Shown: positions 51,666-61,336, numbered from the stretch's first letter. The stretch is 64,000 bases of DNA from Pseudomonadota bacterium (GCA_039820585.1 JBCBPV010000014.1:3811-67810), one strand, 5' to 3'. The notes: generated by a model from the sequence alone, not told the origin. Translations and numbers: made by a program.

Positions 51666-52469
51666 TCACCCGCCCTCGAAACACCCCGCGCGCCCATCCC
51701 GCCGGATCGTCGCCGCCCCGTCTGCGATGGACCGCGCCCGCCGTTGAACAAACGCCGACGGCTCCGACGCCGACCGCACCTTGGGCGCGGGCAAAATCGC
51801 CGCCAACCGCGCCGCCTGGCTTGGCGTCAACGCATCCGCACTGACGCCGAAATAGTGTCTACTCGCCGCCTCAACCCCAAACACACCCTCATCAAACTCG
51901 GCCACGTTCAGATACACTTCGACAACCCGCCGCTTCGACCAGAACAGTTCCACCAAAGGGGTTAAAACCGCCTCCAGCGCCTTCCGCCCCCAACTGCGCC
52001 CGTGCCAAAGATAGACATTCTTCACCACCTGCTGCGTGATCGTCGAGGCGCCCCGATCCTGCCCCTCTTCCAGAACCGCCCGGATCGCCGCCATGTCAAA
52101 CCCCCAGTGCAGGCAGAAATTCGCATCCTCCGCCGCAACCACCGACCGCGCCATCACAGGCGCGATCTCCTCCATTGGCCGCCACATCTGCTCGGCCGTC
52201 CCCAGACGGCGAATTTCCGATATCTTGTAAGGGGTTGTCGGCGGGTTCACGATGGAAAACAGCGCGATGAACAAAAGCACAATCACCACCAGACCCAATG
52301 CCCCGCGCCGCAGCCACATCAGCCCCCGCGCGATCCATCCTGCCTGTGTCTTGGCGCCCTTCTTGCGGGGCGACCGCGTCTTGGGTGCTGCTTTCCGTGC
52401 CACGGCTTCCACATGCCCCGCCGCCCCGCGCCGGTCAAGCGGGATGCGAAAACGCTGGGTTCGGGGCAA
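51666..52469 (-). CDS. mtgA: Monofunctional biosynthetic peptidoglycan transglycosylase
   Basis: AAEDANFCLHWGFD, GASTITQQVVKN and RKALE GT51 motifs. The track start is TTG, so the true start is uncertain. Confidence 0.85.
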   Translation of the reverse strand: MPRTQRFRIPLDRRGAAGHVEAVARKAAPKTRSPRKKGAKTQAGWIARGLMWLRRGALGLVVIVLLFIALFSIVNPPTTPYKISEIRRLGTAEQMWRPMEEIAPVMARSVVAAEDANFCLHWGFDMAAIRAVLEEGQDRGASTITQQVVKNVYLWHGRSWGRKALEAVLTPLVELFWSKRRVVEVYLNVAEFDEGVFGVEAASRHYFGVSADALTPSQAARLAAILPAPKVRSASEPSAFVQRRARSIADGAATIRRDGRAGCFEGG

Positions 52470-52490
52470 AACCCAAGCTAGGCTTCCCCA

Positions 52491-52652
52491 ATGGACCCGA
52501 TCTCAGTTGTTTTCTACGCCCTCATCTGCGGCTGTCTCAGCCTCTTTGCCCCAAACCTCGGCGGTTACATCCCGCGCCTGATCGTCGGCGCGGTTGTCGG
52601 TATCGTCGCCGCCGTCTCCCTGCCGATGCTGCGCGGGATGATGGGCTACTAG
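52491..52652 (+). CDS. Possible 53-aa two-TM membrane peptide (below the ORF-track length cutoff)
   Basis: Hand-translated: MDPISVVFYALICGCLSLFAPNLGGYIPRLIVGAVVGIVAAVSLPMLRGMMGY. Strong GC3 bias, but no clear SD. Confidence 0.3.
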   Translation: MDPISVVFYALICGCLSLFAPNLGGYIPRLIVGAVVGIVAAVSLPMLRGMMGY

Positions 52653-52655
52653 ACC

Positions 52656-55600
52656 CTATTCCGCCGGAACCGCCGCCTCTTCGATACCCAAAGGCGCAGG
52701 CAGCTTGTCCAGCATTTCCTTGGGGCAGACCTGAAGGAACTGCCCCTTCGCCGTCTCCCAATCCTGCAGGATCTCACCGGCCCGCACACTGCCCGTCTCC
52801 GCCAGATGCGCCTCGATCAGCCCCTTCAACTGCGCCTCCCAATGATCCACGGCCACCGGACAGGTTACCAGCGTCTCCATGTTCATCCGGCTCTCTGCCA
52901 CGCCCTCAGGATCGTAAAGATACGCCATCCCCCCGGTCATGCCGGCGCCAAAGTTCGCGCCCACAGACCCCAGGATCACCGCAACCCCGCCGGTCATGTA
53001 CTCACACCCGTTCGATCCACAGCCCTCGATCACCACTTTCGCGCCCGAGTTCCGTACGCCAAATCGCTCTCCAGCGCGGCCCGCGGCAAACAGATACCCA
53101 TCCGTCGCGCCATACAGCACCGTGTTCCCGATGATCGTATTGTCCGCGGCCACCAATGGCGACGCCATATGCGGTCGCACCACAATCGTCGCCCCGGACA
53201 GGCCCTTACCCACGTAATCGTTGGCATCCCCAGCCACTTCCAGCTTCAGCCCCGGCGCCCCAAACGCGCCCAACGACTGCCCAGCGCTGCCCGATAGCGA
53301 AATCCGCAAGTGATCGGCCTGCAAATCGTTGCGCATCCCGAACCGCTTCACGATATGGCTCGACACCCGCGTGCCAATGGTCCGATGGGTGTTCCGCACG
53401 GCATAGGACAGCTGCATCTTCTCGCCATCCTCCAGGAACCGCGCGGCATCCTTGACGATCTCGGCATCCAGCGTGTCATCCACCGGCGTCCGGGGACGCA
53501 AGCGGTCATAGGTGATGTCCTCTGCCCCATCGACGGTGATGAGCAGCGGGTTCAGATCCAGATCATCCAGATGCGCCGACCCTCGCGACACCTGGCTCAA
53601 GAGATCCGCACGCCCGATCACCTCATCCAGCGACCGCGCGCCAATGGACGCCAGGATTTCCCGCACTTCCTGCGCATAGAACGTAATCAGGTTCACCACC
53701 TTATCGGCCGTCCCGGTAAATTTCTCCCGCAACGCCTCATCCTGGGTACAGACGCCGACGGGGCAGGTGTTCGACTGACACTGCCGCACCATGATGCACC
53801 CCATCGCGATCAGCGCCGCGGTGCCGATGCCGTATTCCTCGGCCCCCAGCATCGCCGCCATCACGATATCGCGCCCGGTGCGCAGGCCCCCATCGGTCCG
53901 CAATGTGACCCTATCGCGAAGGTTATTCATGCTCAGCACCTGATGCGCCTCGGTCAGCCCCATCTCCCACGGCAGCCCGGCATACTTGATGCTGGTCGCC
54001 GGCGAGGCCCCGGTGCCGCCGTTATGGCCCGAGATCAGGATCACATCCGCCTTCGCCTTCGCAACGCCTGCAGCAATCGTGCCCACACCAGACGCGGCCA
54101 CCAGCTTCACGGTCACCTTCGCGCGCGGATTGATCTGCTTGAGGTCATAGATCAGCTGCGCCAGATCCTCGATCGAATAGATATCGTGATGCGGCGGCGG
54201 CGAGATCAAAGTCACCCCCTTGGTCGAATGCCGCAACCGCGCGATCAGATCGGTCACCTTCATCCCAGGCAACTGCCCGCCTTCACCCGGTTTCGCACCC
54301 TGGGCCACCTTGATCTCCAGCTCTTCACACTGGTTCAGGTACTCCGCCGTCACACCAAATCGGCCAGACGCGACCTGTTTGATCTTGGCGCTGGGATTGT
54401 CCCCATTCGGCTCTGGGTGGAAATGCGCGGGGTCTTCCCCGCCTTCGCCTGAGTCAGACTTCGCGCCAATCCGGTTCATCGCCACATTCAGCGTCTTATG
54501 CGCCTCGGGCGACAGCGCCCCCAGCGACATCCCCGGCGTCACAAACCGCTTCCGGATCGACGTAATCGACTCCACCTCGTCGATATCCACCGCCGCACCC
54601 ATCGGCTTGATGGCGAGCAGATCGCGCAGGTGTATCGGCGGGTTAGACTGCATTTTGGCCGAATATTGCTTCCACATCTCATAGGATGCGCGCGTCACAG
54701 CCGACTGCATCAGATGCATCGAGGTCGCTTCCCACGCATGAGTCTCGCCCGACCGCCGCGCCTTGTAGAACCCGCCAATGGGCAGCACCGATGCGCCACC
54801 GGCCCAACCTTTGGCATGCACCTCCTCCAGCTTCTGCTGAATGCCGGTCACGCCAATCCCCGAAATCCGCGACGGCATCCCCGGGAAGTATTCATGCACC
54901 ATCGCGCGGCTCAGCCCCACGGCCTCAAAATTCAGGCCCCCGCGATAGGACGAAATCACCGAAATCCCCATCTTGGACATGATTTTCAGCAATCCAGCGT
55001 CAATCGCCGCCCGGTACCGCGCCACCGCCTCGGTCAGCGTCCCGTCAATCAGCCCCCGGTCAATCCGATCCGCAATGGAATCCTCGGCGAGATACGCATT
55101 CACCACCGTCGCACCACAGCCGATAAGCACCGCAAAGTAATGCGGATCAATACACTCCGCCGACCGCACCGCCAGCGAACAGAACGTGCGCAGCCCCTTC
55201 TTCGTCAGCCAGCAATGGACCGCACTGGTGGCCAGGATCATCGGCATCGCCACCTTATCGGCGCTCTGATGGTGATCCGTCAGAATGATATGCCCCGCGC
55301 CCGAGCGCACGGCATCCTCCGCCTCGGCCCGGATCCGTTCCAACCCGTCCAAAAGCGCCCGCTGCCCACCGCCCACCGGGAAGGTACAGTCAATCTCGAC
55401 CATCGGCGCATTGAACGCCTCGACCATCTTGTCGAACTGCGCGTTGCCCACAAACGGGCTGTCCAGCACGATAATCTCGGTCTGGCTGGAATCCTCATCC
55501 AGCACGTTCTTCAGGTTCCCGAACCGCGTCTTCAGGCTCATCACCCGATACTCGCGCAAACTGTCGATGGGCGGGTTCGTCACCTGGCTGAAATTCTGGC

Positions 55601-57194
55601 GGAAGAAATGGCTCAGCGGGCGATACTTCTCGCTCAACACAGCACTCGGCGTGTCATCCCCCATGGACGCCAGCGTCTCTTTCCCGTCCTCGGCCATCGG
55701 CGCCAGGATCTGCTCCAATTCCTCAACGGTATACCCCGCCGCCGCTTGCCGCTGGCGCAGCTCTGGCCCGGTAAACAGCGCCTTTTCCGTGATCGACGAC
55801 AGCGTATCGCCCAGATCATTGATCCGCCCGACCCACTCACCAAACGGCAGGGCCCGCGCCAGCTTGTCCTTGATCGCGGTGTCGTGGAACAACAGCCCCT
55901 TCTTCATATCCACGGCCAAGAGCTGCCCCGGCCCCAACGCGCCCTTCTCCACCACATGCGCCTCATCCACCGGCACCATCCCGGCCTCGGACCCCGCAAT
56001 GACCAGCCCATCGCCCGTCACCACGTACCGCATCGGCCGCAACCCGTTCCGGTCCAGCCCCGCACAAACCCAACGCCCATCCGTCATCGCCAAAGCGGCG
56101 GGTCCGTCCCACGGCTCCATCACCGAATTGCAATACGAATACATGTCCCGCCACGCCTGCGGCAGCTCGGTCGCCTGCTTCGACCACGACTCTGGCACCA
56201 GCATCGTCTTGGCCATCGGCGCCGACCGCCCCGCCCGCACCAGAACCTCAAAAACCGAGTCTAATGCGGCCGAATCCGACGATCCATTCGCCACAATCGG
56301 TTTGATATCCTCCGCCATATCGCCAAACGCGCCCGACGCCATCCGGATCTCATGGCTTTTCATCCAGTTGATGTTGCCCTTCAGCGTGTTGATCTCGCCG
56401 TTATGCGCCAGCATCCGGAACGGCTGCGCCAGCCACCACTGCGGGAAGGTGTTCGTCGAATAGCGCTGGTGATAGATCGCAAAGGCGCTCTCAAACCGCT
56501 CATCCAAGAGATCGGGGTAAAACTCCGCCACATCCTGCGCCAGCATCATCCCCTTATAGATGATCGACCGGCACGATAGCGACGCCACATACAGCGCATT
56601 CACCTGCGCCGCAGCCGCCGCCTTCTCGATCCGGCGACGAATGACATACAGCTCCCGCTCAAAGGTGTCTTCGTCCACCCCTTTGGAATTGCTGATAATA
56701 ATCTGCTCAATCTCGGGCCGCGTCGCGTTCGCCTTCTCGCCCAGCACATCGATGTTCACCGGCACATGGCGCCAGCCATAGATGTAATAGCCCATGCGCA
56801 ACACTTCGGTCTCGATGATCGTGCGACACGTCTCCTGCGCCCCGAAATCCGTGCGCGGCAGAAACACCTGGCCCACCGCCAGCAATTCACCGTCGCGCGG
56901 CTCATGCCCGGTGCGTTTGATCTGATCGCCAAAGAACGCATAGGGGATCTGCACATGAATGCCCGCCCCATCGCCGGTCTTGCCATCGGCATCCACAGCG
57001 CCCCGGTGCCACACCGCCTTCAGCGCGTCGATCCCGTGCTGCACCACCGTGCGCGACTTCGATCCGTCAATCGCCACGACCAGGCCCACGCCACAAGAAG
57101 AATGCTCATCCGCCTCGGAATAGAGACTGTTTTCCGCCATCCACGCCCGACGACGTTCCTCGTTCGCGGCCCATTCTGTGTCGAATTCGGTCAT
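52656..57194 (-). CDS. gltB: Glutamate synthase large subunit
   Basis: N-terminal amidotransferase CGVGLVV after MTEFDTEW, an FMN/3Fe-4S central domain and the C-terminal GXGXG repeat domain. About 1512 aa. Confidence 0.95.
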   Translation of the reverse strand: MTEFDTEWAANEERRRAWMAENSLYSEADEHSSCGVGLVVAIDGSKSRTVVQHGIDALKAVWHRGAVDADGKTGDGAGIHVQIPYAFFGDQIKRTGHEPRDGELLAVGQVFLPRTDFGAQETCRTIIETEVLRMGYYIYGWRHVPVNIDVLGEKANATRPEIEQIIISNSKGVDEDTFERELYVIRRRIEKAAAAAQVNALYVASLSCRSIIYKGMMLAQDVAEFYPDLLDERFESAFAIYHQRYSTNTFPQWWLAQPFRMLAHNGEINTLKGNINWMKSHEIRMASGAFGDMAEDIKPIVANGSSDSAALDSVFEVLVRAGRSAPMAKTMLVPESWSKQATELPQAWRDMYSYCNSVMEPWDGPAALAMTDGRWVCAGLDRNGLRPMRYVVTGDGLVIAGSEAGMVPVDEAHVVEKGALGPGQLLAVDMKKGLLFHDTAIKDKLARALPFGEWVGRINDLGDTLSSITEKALFTGPELRQRQAAAGYTVEELEQILAPMAEDGKETLASMGDDTPSAVLSEKYRPLSHFFRQNFSQVTNPPIDSLREYRVMSLKTRFGNLKNVLDEDSSQTEIIVLDSPFVGNAQFDKMVEAFNAPMVEIDCTFPVGGGQRALLDGLERIRAEAEDAVRSGAGHIILTDHHQSADKVAMPMILATSAVHCWLTKKGLRTFCSLAVRSAECIDPHYFAVLIGCGATVVNAYLAEDSIADRIDRGLIDGTLTEAVARYRAAIDAGLLKIMSKMGISVISSYRGGLNFEAVGLSRAMVHEYFPGMPSRISGIGVTGIQQKLEEVHAKGWAGGASVLPIGGFYKARRSGETHAWEATSMHLMQSAVTRASYEMWKQYSAKMQSNPPIHLRDLLAIKPMGAAVDIDEVESITSIRKRFVTPGMSLGALSPEAHKTLNVAMNRIGAKSDSGEGGEDPAHFHPEPNGDNPSAKIKQVASGRFGVTAEYLNQCEELEIKVAQGAKPGEGGQLPGMKVTDLIARLRHSTKGVTLISPPPHHDIYSIEDLAQLIYDLKQINPRAKVTVKLVAASGVGTIAAGVAKAKADVILISGHNGGTGASPATSIKYAGLPWEMGLTEAHQVLSMNNLRDRVTLRTDGGLRTGRDIVMAAMLGAEEYGIGTAALIAMGCIMVRQCQSNTCPVGVCTQDEALREKFTGTADKVVNLITFYAQEVREILASIGARSLDEVIGRADLLSQVSRGSAHLDDLDLNPLLITVDGAEDITYDRLRPRTPVDDTLDAEIVKDAARFLEDGEKMQLSYAVRNTHRTIGTRVSSHIVKRFGMRNDLQADHLRISLSGSAGQSLGAFGAPGLKLEVAGDANDYVGKGLSGATIVVRPHMASPLVAADNTIIGNTVLYGATDGYLFAAGRAGERFGVRNSGAKVVIEGCGSNGCEYMTGGVAVILGSVGANFGAGMTGGMAYLYDPEGVAESRMNMETLVTCPVAVDHWEAQLKGLIEAHLAETGSVRAGEILQDWETAKGQFLQVCPKEMLDKLPAPLGIEEAAVPAE

Positions 57195-57285
57195 CTGATC
57201 GCTCCTTGCTGCGCAGCGATGCGAGCGTGTCGTGCCCGCAAGTGTCATCCAATCGCGCCACCATACGGTGGCTCTGTGTCAGGTC

Positions 57286-57882
57286 TCAGTGGTTGCCATG
57301 TCCGCCGCCGCCATGGGGTTGCTCGGCATCGCCGTACCCGCGCAACCGGTTGTAGGTGACGATCTGGTGACGCGACAAAAGGGGCGTCACGTCAAGATGC
57401 GCGGCCAGATGGACCGCCCGCAACTCGGCTTTGATTGCGGCGGCGCGCGTGGTCAGGTCGGTCAATGCTGATGTCGTGATCGTCGCATCCTCAAACGCGC
57501 TATCCAACTCGGCCTCGACGGAAACGAATGCGGCGCCAAGCACCTTGGCCTCTTCGGCCATGTCCTGCCGGATACGTTCGATCTGATCCAGTTGTGCAAC
57601 CGTCAGATCAAGTTCGTTCGCCAACTCAAGAACATGTGTCGGTCCGGGGAAGCCATTCAACTCGGCTGCCAATGCAAAACCCCAGCCACGTCCGTTCAAC
57701 AAATCGTCGATATCGCTTGGCGAAAGCGCCGCGATGTCGCGCGTCTCAAGGCCAGCATAAGGTGCCTGCTCGGCCTGAGCCGTAGCCTGAAGCGCCACCA
57801 AAACAGACGCTGCGATCAGGCAACGAGGCAGGGCCGCCCTTGCACTGGAATGTTTCATAGGAATCCCACGGTTGTTGGTCAT
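57286..57882 (-). CDS. Periplasmic Spy/CpxP/ZraP-family protein with a His/Gly-rich C-terminus
   Basis: Signal peptide, two LTxxQ-type motifs (LTVAQ, LSRHQ) and the tail EQPHGGGGHGNH. GGAGGA SD before the ATG at 57882, which directly abuts the upstream GFA stop. Confidence 0.7.
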   Translation of the reverse strand: MTNNRGIPMKHSSARAALPRCLIAASVLVALQATAQAEQAPYAGLETRDIAALSPSDIDDLLNGRGWGFALAAELNGFPGPTHVLELANELDLTVAQLDQIERIRQDMAEEAKVLGAAFVSVEAELDSAFEDATITTSALTDLTTRAAAIKAELRAVHLAAHLDVTPLLSRHQIVTYNRLRGYGDAEQPHGGGGHGNH

Positions 57883-57883
57883 C

Positions 57884-58324
57884 TTACGCATCCTCCGCAA
57901 TGAACGGGTTCTTGGCCTGATACTCGGCCTCAGTGCTACGCTTGTGGTCGCCAGCAAAACGGCAAGAGGCAAACGCCCGGTCGATATAGATCTCGGATAT
58001 CAGCGGATAGTCCTTGGCCCCGTCAAAGACCCCCACCATGAACTCATAAACCTCGCCCGGATTGCGCAGCCACAGCGACGTGCCGCAGCGCGAACAAAAC
58101 GCCCGCTCCGCGATCTCACCGGGATAGATCGCCACAGGCCCCTCGACCCGCACTTGATCTGGCTCGGCGGTAAAGACATTCAACGCCACCCCCGACCACC
58201 GCCGACACCGGGTGCAATGGCACGCCCCCAGTTCCGCCCGGTGACGGCCGACATGGACCCGGACGTCACCACACAGGCAACGCCCCTCCACCGCATCCGC
58301 ATAGACAGGGGTTTCGATCGACAT
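57884..58324 (-). CDS. GFA (glutathione-dependent formaldehyde-activating / CENP-V-like) family protein
   Basis: CLCGDV...CHCTRCRRWSG...CSRCGTSL zinc-cysteine pattern. Confidence 0.85.
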   Translation of the reverse strand: MSIETPVYADAVEGRCLCGDVRVHVGRHRAELGACHCTRCRRWSGVALNVFTAEPDQVRVEGPVAIYPGEIAERAFCSRCGTSLWLRNPGEVYEFMVGVFDGAKDYPLISEIYIDRAFASCRFAGDHKRSTEAEYQAKNPFIAEDA

Positions 58325-58330
58325 CGCGCC

Positions 58331-58777
58331 TCAAGCCCCCTCCGGCGCGGCATTCACCATCGCCAGCACATCCGCCTCGGTCATTCGCTTGCGCTCTCCG
58401 GCAAAGGCGTGGCTGTCGGGCTTGGCGTCGATATACACCTCGGTGTCGAACGTCATCCCATCAAGACTGTCCAACGCCCCTGCGCTGACCGACAGCATCC
58501 CGTGCATCGGTCCCGGTGCGGTCAACCGCCAGAACAGGCTCGATCCGCAGGTTTTGCAAAACCCCCGCTCCGCCCATTCCGATGAGGTGTAGGTTCCGAT
58601 ACTGTCCTCACCTTCCCAGGTGACCCCACCGGGCATCACGTGCACGCCCAACTCGATCCCGCCAGAAAACTTGCGGCACATGGCGCAATGGCATGCACCA
58701 TAACTTGTCGGTTCCTCGGCCAGCGTGAAGCTGACAGCACCGCACAGGCATCGTCCCGTCTTGCTCATGGCTTTCAC
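58331..58777 (-). CDS. GFA family protein (paralogue)
   Basis: CLCGAV...CHCAMCRKFSGG...CKTCGSSL. Confidence 0.85.
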   Translation of the reverse strand: MKAMSKTGRCLCGAVSFTLAEEPTSYGACHCAMCRKFSGGIELGVHVMPGGVTWEGEDSIGTYTSSEWAERGFCKTCGSSLFWRLTAPGPMHGMLSVSAGALDSLDGMTFDTEVYIDAKPDSHAFAGERKRMTEADVLAMVNAAPEGA

Positions 58778-58821
58778 CTTTCCTTAACCGACAAGGTCAA
58801 CCAAGCTGACCTAGGCTCAAA

Positions 58822-58877
58822 CGGGTGTACACCGCGCGGTGTACGGGTTGTGTACAGGTTGTGTACGCATTGTGCGC
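58822..58877. repeat. 18-nt perfect palindrome followed by three 11-nt tandem units
   Basis: GTACACCGCGCGGTGTAC (58827-58844) is its own reverse complement. It is followed by GGGTTGTGTAC / AGGTTGTGTAC / GCATTGTGCGC (58845-58877). TGTAC recurs at 58826, 58840, 58851 and 58862. Confidence 0.85.
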
Positions 58878-58878
58878 C

Positions 58879-60312
58879 CTATTCCGCGGCCACTTTCGCA
58901 CCCGCACTCATGTAATCCAGCATCGCTTCCGCCGCCTCGCGCCCATCGCGAATGGCCCACACCACAAGGCTCGCACCCCGCACGATGTCGCCCGCCGCAT
59001 AGACGCCGTCCATCGCGGTCGCATGGGTCTTGAAATCCGCCTTGATCGTGCCCCAGCGGGTCACTTCCAGCTCCGGCACATCCCACAGCGTCGGCAGGTC
59101 CTCAGGCTCAAACCCCAGCGCCTGTATCACCAGATCGGCGTCTTCGGTATAATCCGCACCCTCGATCTCTTCAGGCGACTGACGCCCCGTCGCATCCGGT
59201 GCCCCAAGGCGCATTTTCGACACCCTGACACCAGACACCTCATCGCCGACAAAGCCCTTCGGCGCGCTCAGCCACACGAATTCCACGCCCTCTTCCTCGG
59301 CATTGGCAACTTCGCGCTGCGACCCCGGCATATTGGCCCGGTCGCGGCGGTACAGGCACTTGACGCTTTCCGCGCCCTGCCGCACCGCCGTGCGCACACA
59401 ATCCATCGCCGTATCGCCCCCGCCGATCACCACGACGCGCTTGCCCTCGGCGTTCAGCTCACCTGAATCGAACTCGGGCACATCGTCGCCAAACCCCTTG
59501 CGGTTCGACGCGGTCAGGTAATCAATCGCCCGCACGATCCCTTCAGCGCCCACTCCCGGGGCCTGCAAATCGCGCGACTTGTAAACGCCTGTGGCAATCA
59601 GTACCGCGTTGTGTTTCCTGCGAATTTCCTCGAACGTGATGTCGACGCCCACATCGCAATTCAGCACGAACGCCACCCCGCCATCTTCCAACTGACGGTT
59701 GCGCCGTTCGGTCACTTCCTTCTCCAGCTTGAAGCCCGGAATGCCATAGGTCATCAACCCGCCCGCGCGATCATACCGGTCATACACCGTCACCTGCACA
59801 CCCTGCCGCCGCAGCATATCCGCCGCCGCCAACCCACCGGGCCCCGCGCCGATGATGCCCACGCTTTCGCTACGCTCCACCGCCGGGCGGATCGGCTGCA
59901 CCCAGCCTTCTTCCCACGCGGTATCGGTGATGTACTTTTCCACCGACCCGATCGTCACCGTGCCATGGCCCGACTGTTCGATCACACAGTTCCCTTCGCA
60001 CAGCCGGTCTTGCGGACAGATGCGCCCACAGATCTCGGGGAAGGTGTTGGTGGCCTGGCTCAGCTCATAGGCTTCCTGCAACCGCCCCTCGGCGGTCAGC
60101 ATCAGCCAGTCGGGGATGTTGTTGTGCAAGGGGCAATGGCTTTGGCAATAGGGCACGCCACACTGGCTGCACCGGCCCGCCTGTTCGGCGGCCTTTTCGC
60201 GTGCGTACTCCCCGTAAATCTCACCGAAGTCTTCCCGGCGTAGATTCGGCGGGCGCTTCTCGGGCATATCCCGTTCCACGTTCACGAATTTCAGCATCGG
60301 ATTGTCAGCCAT
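58879..60312 (-). CDS. gltD: Glutamate synthase small subunit (NADPH)
   Basis: Fe-S cysteines CSQCGVPYCQSHCP...CGRICP..C.GNC and two Rossmann motifs (GAGPGGLAAA, IGGGDTAMD). Confidence 0.95.
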   Translation of the reverse strand: MADNPMLKFVNVERDMPEKRPPNLRREDFGEIYGEYAREKAAEQAGRCSQCGVPYCQSHCPLHNNIPDWLMLTAEGRLQEAYELSQATNTFPEICGRICPQDRLCEGNCVIEQSGHGTVTIGSVEKYITDTAWEEGWVQPIRPAVERSESVGIIGAGPGGLAAADMLRRQGVQVTVYDRYDRAGGLMTYGIPGFKLEKEVTERRNRQLEDGGVAFVLNCDVGVDITFEEIRRKHNAVLIATGVYKSRDLQAPGVGAEGIVRAIDYLTASNRKGFGDDVPEFDSGELNAEGKRVVVIGGGDTAMDCVRTAVRQGAESVKCLYRRDRANMPGSQREVANAEEEGVEFVWLSAPKGFVGDEVSGVRVSKMRLGAPDATGRQSPEEIEGADYTEDADLVIQALGFEPEDLPTLWDVPELEVTRWGTIKADFKTHATAMDGVYAAGDIVRGASLVVWAIRDGREAAEAMLDYMSAGAKVAAE

Positions 60313-60532
60313 CCGCCCAGACTCCTCGAAAAATCTCAGACCGCCCTTCTAATCAGGTCTGAAGAGAAATAAAAGTAAAACTTACTGACCTATTTTGCGA
60401 ATTTCTTTGCTGTGGCACACCGCTGCATGCCGCACTACCGCAAAAATAGGTCCGATCTGCGACTTAAATCAATCCTTTCATAAGAAACTCAGTCGGTTAG
60501 TGTGTCGCAAAATCGTTGCAGATACGGGCCGC

Positions 60533-61336
60533 ATGCCGCTTTTCCACCTGTTCCTTGTCGCCGTGATCCAGGGGATTACCGAATTTCTTCCGGTTTCCTC
60601 GTCCGGTCACCTGATTCTCTTGCCGAATCTCACCGGGCTCGACGATCAGGGCCAAGTCATTGATGTGGCTGTCCATGTGGGCACATTGGGCGCGGTGATC
60701 CTTTATTTCTGGGCCGACGCCAAACGCGCCCTCATAGGCTTACCCCGCGTCGCGACGGGCAAGATCGACAGTCAGGAAGCCTGGCTTGCCCTGTGCCTGA
60801 TCATCGCAACCGTACCCGTCGTGATCCTGGGCCTGGTGCTCAGCGTCACCGGTCTGGATGAGGCGATGCGCTCGATCACGGTGATCGGATGGACCATGCT
60901 GATCTTCGGCCTCGTCCTGTTCTGGGCCGACCGCGTCGGCACATCCGAAAAACGGGCCGAGGGATGGACCCTGCAAGACGCGTTCACCATGGGCCTCTGG
61001 CAGGCGCTGGCCCTGATCCCCGGTACCTCACGCTCTGGCATCACGATCACCGCAGCACGGTATCTGGGCTACGAACGCTCAGACGCCGCCCGCCTCGCCA
61101 TGCTGATGTCGATCCCCACGATCCTGGCCTCTGGCGTTCTGTTGGGGGCCGAGGTCGTGATGACTGCAGATGCCGCCGCCGCCCGCGACGGGGCCATCGC
61201 CGCAGTCTTCGCCTTTGTCGCCGCATTGGGCGCGCTCTATGGGATGATGCGGCTTCTGAAGGTCGTGGATTACACGCCCTACGTCATCTACCGCGTGATC
61301 CTGGGCGTGATCCTTTTGTGGATCGCCTATACCTAG
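60533..61336 (+). CDS. uppP: Undecaprenyl-diphosphate phosphatase
   Basis: [16 protein letters not shown] and [10 protein letters not shown] motifs. Confidence 0.92.
   Translation: MPLFHLFLVAVIQGITEFLPVSSSGHLILLPNLTGLDDQGQVIDVAVHVGTLGAVILYFWADAKRALIGLPRVATGKIDSQEAWLALCLIIATVPVVILGLVLSVTGLDEAMRSITVIGWTMLIFGLVLFWADRVGTSEKRAEGWTLQDAFTMGLWQALALIPGTSRSGITITAARYLGYERSDAARLAMLMSIPTILASGVLLGAEVVMTADAAAARDGAIAAVFAFVAALGALYGMMRLLKVVDYTPYVIYRVILGVILLWIAYT

Noticed and set aside
54498-56264. 588-aa plus-strand ORF and several 150-390-aa ORFs across 52800-57360
   Set aside because: All are antisense or off-frame within gltB, which is one continuous 1512-aa glutamate synthase frame.
58822-58877. CRISPR-like array
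   Set aside because: The repeats are 11 nt, directly abutting with no spacers, and there are only 3-4 copies. No cas genes are present in the window.
60412-60427. Sigma-54-like TGGCAC-N5-TGCAT element
   Set aside because: The GG-to-GC spacing is one nucleotide shorter than the strict -24/-12 geometry (TGGCAC-N5-TTGC). It also points toward uppP rather than gltD, so it is probably a chance match inside the inverted-repeat loop.
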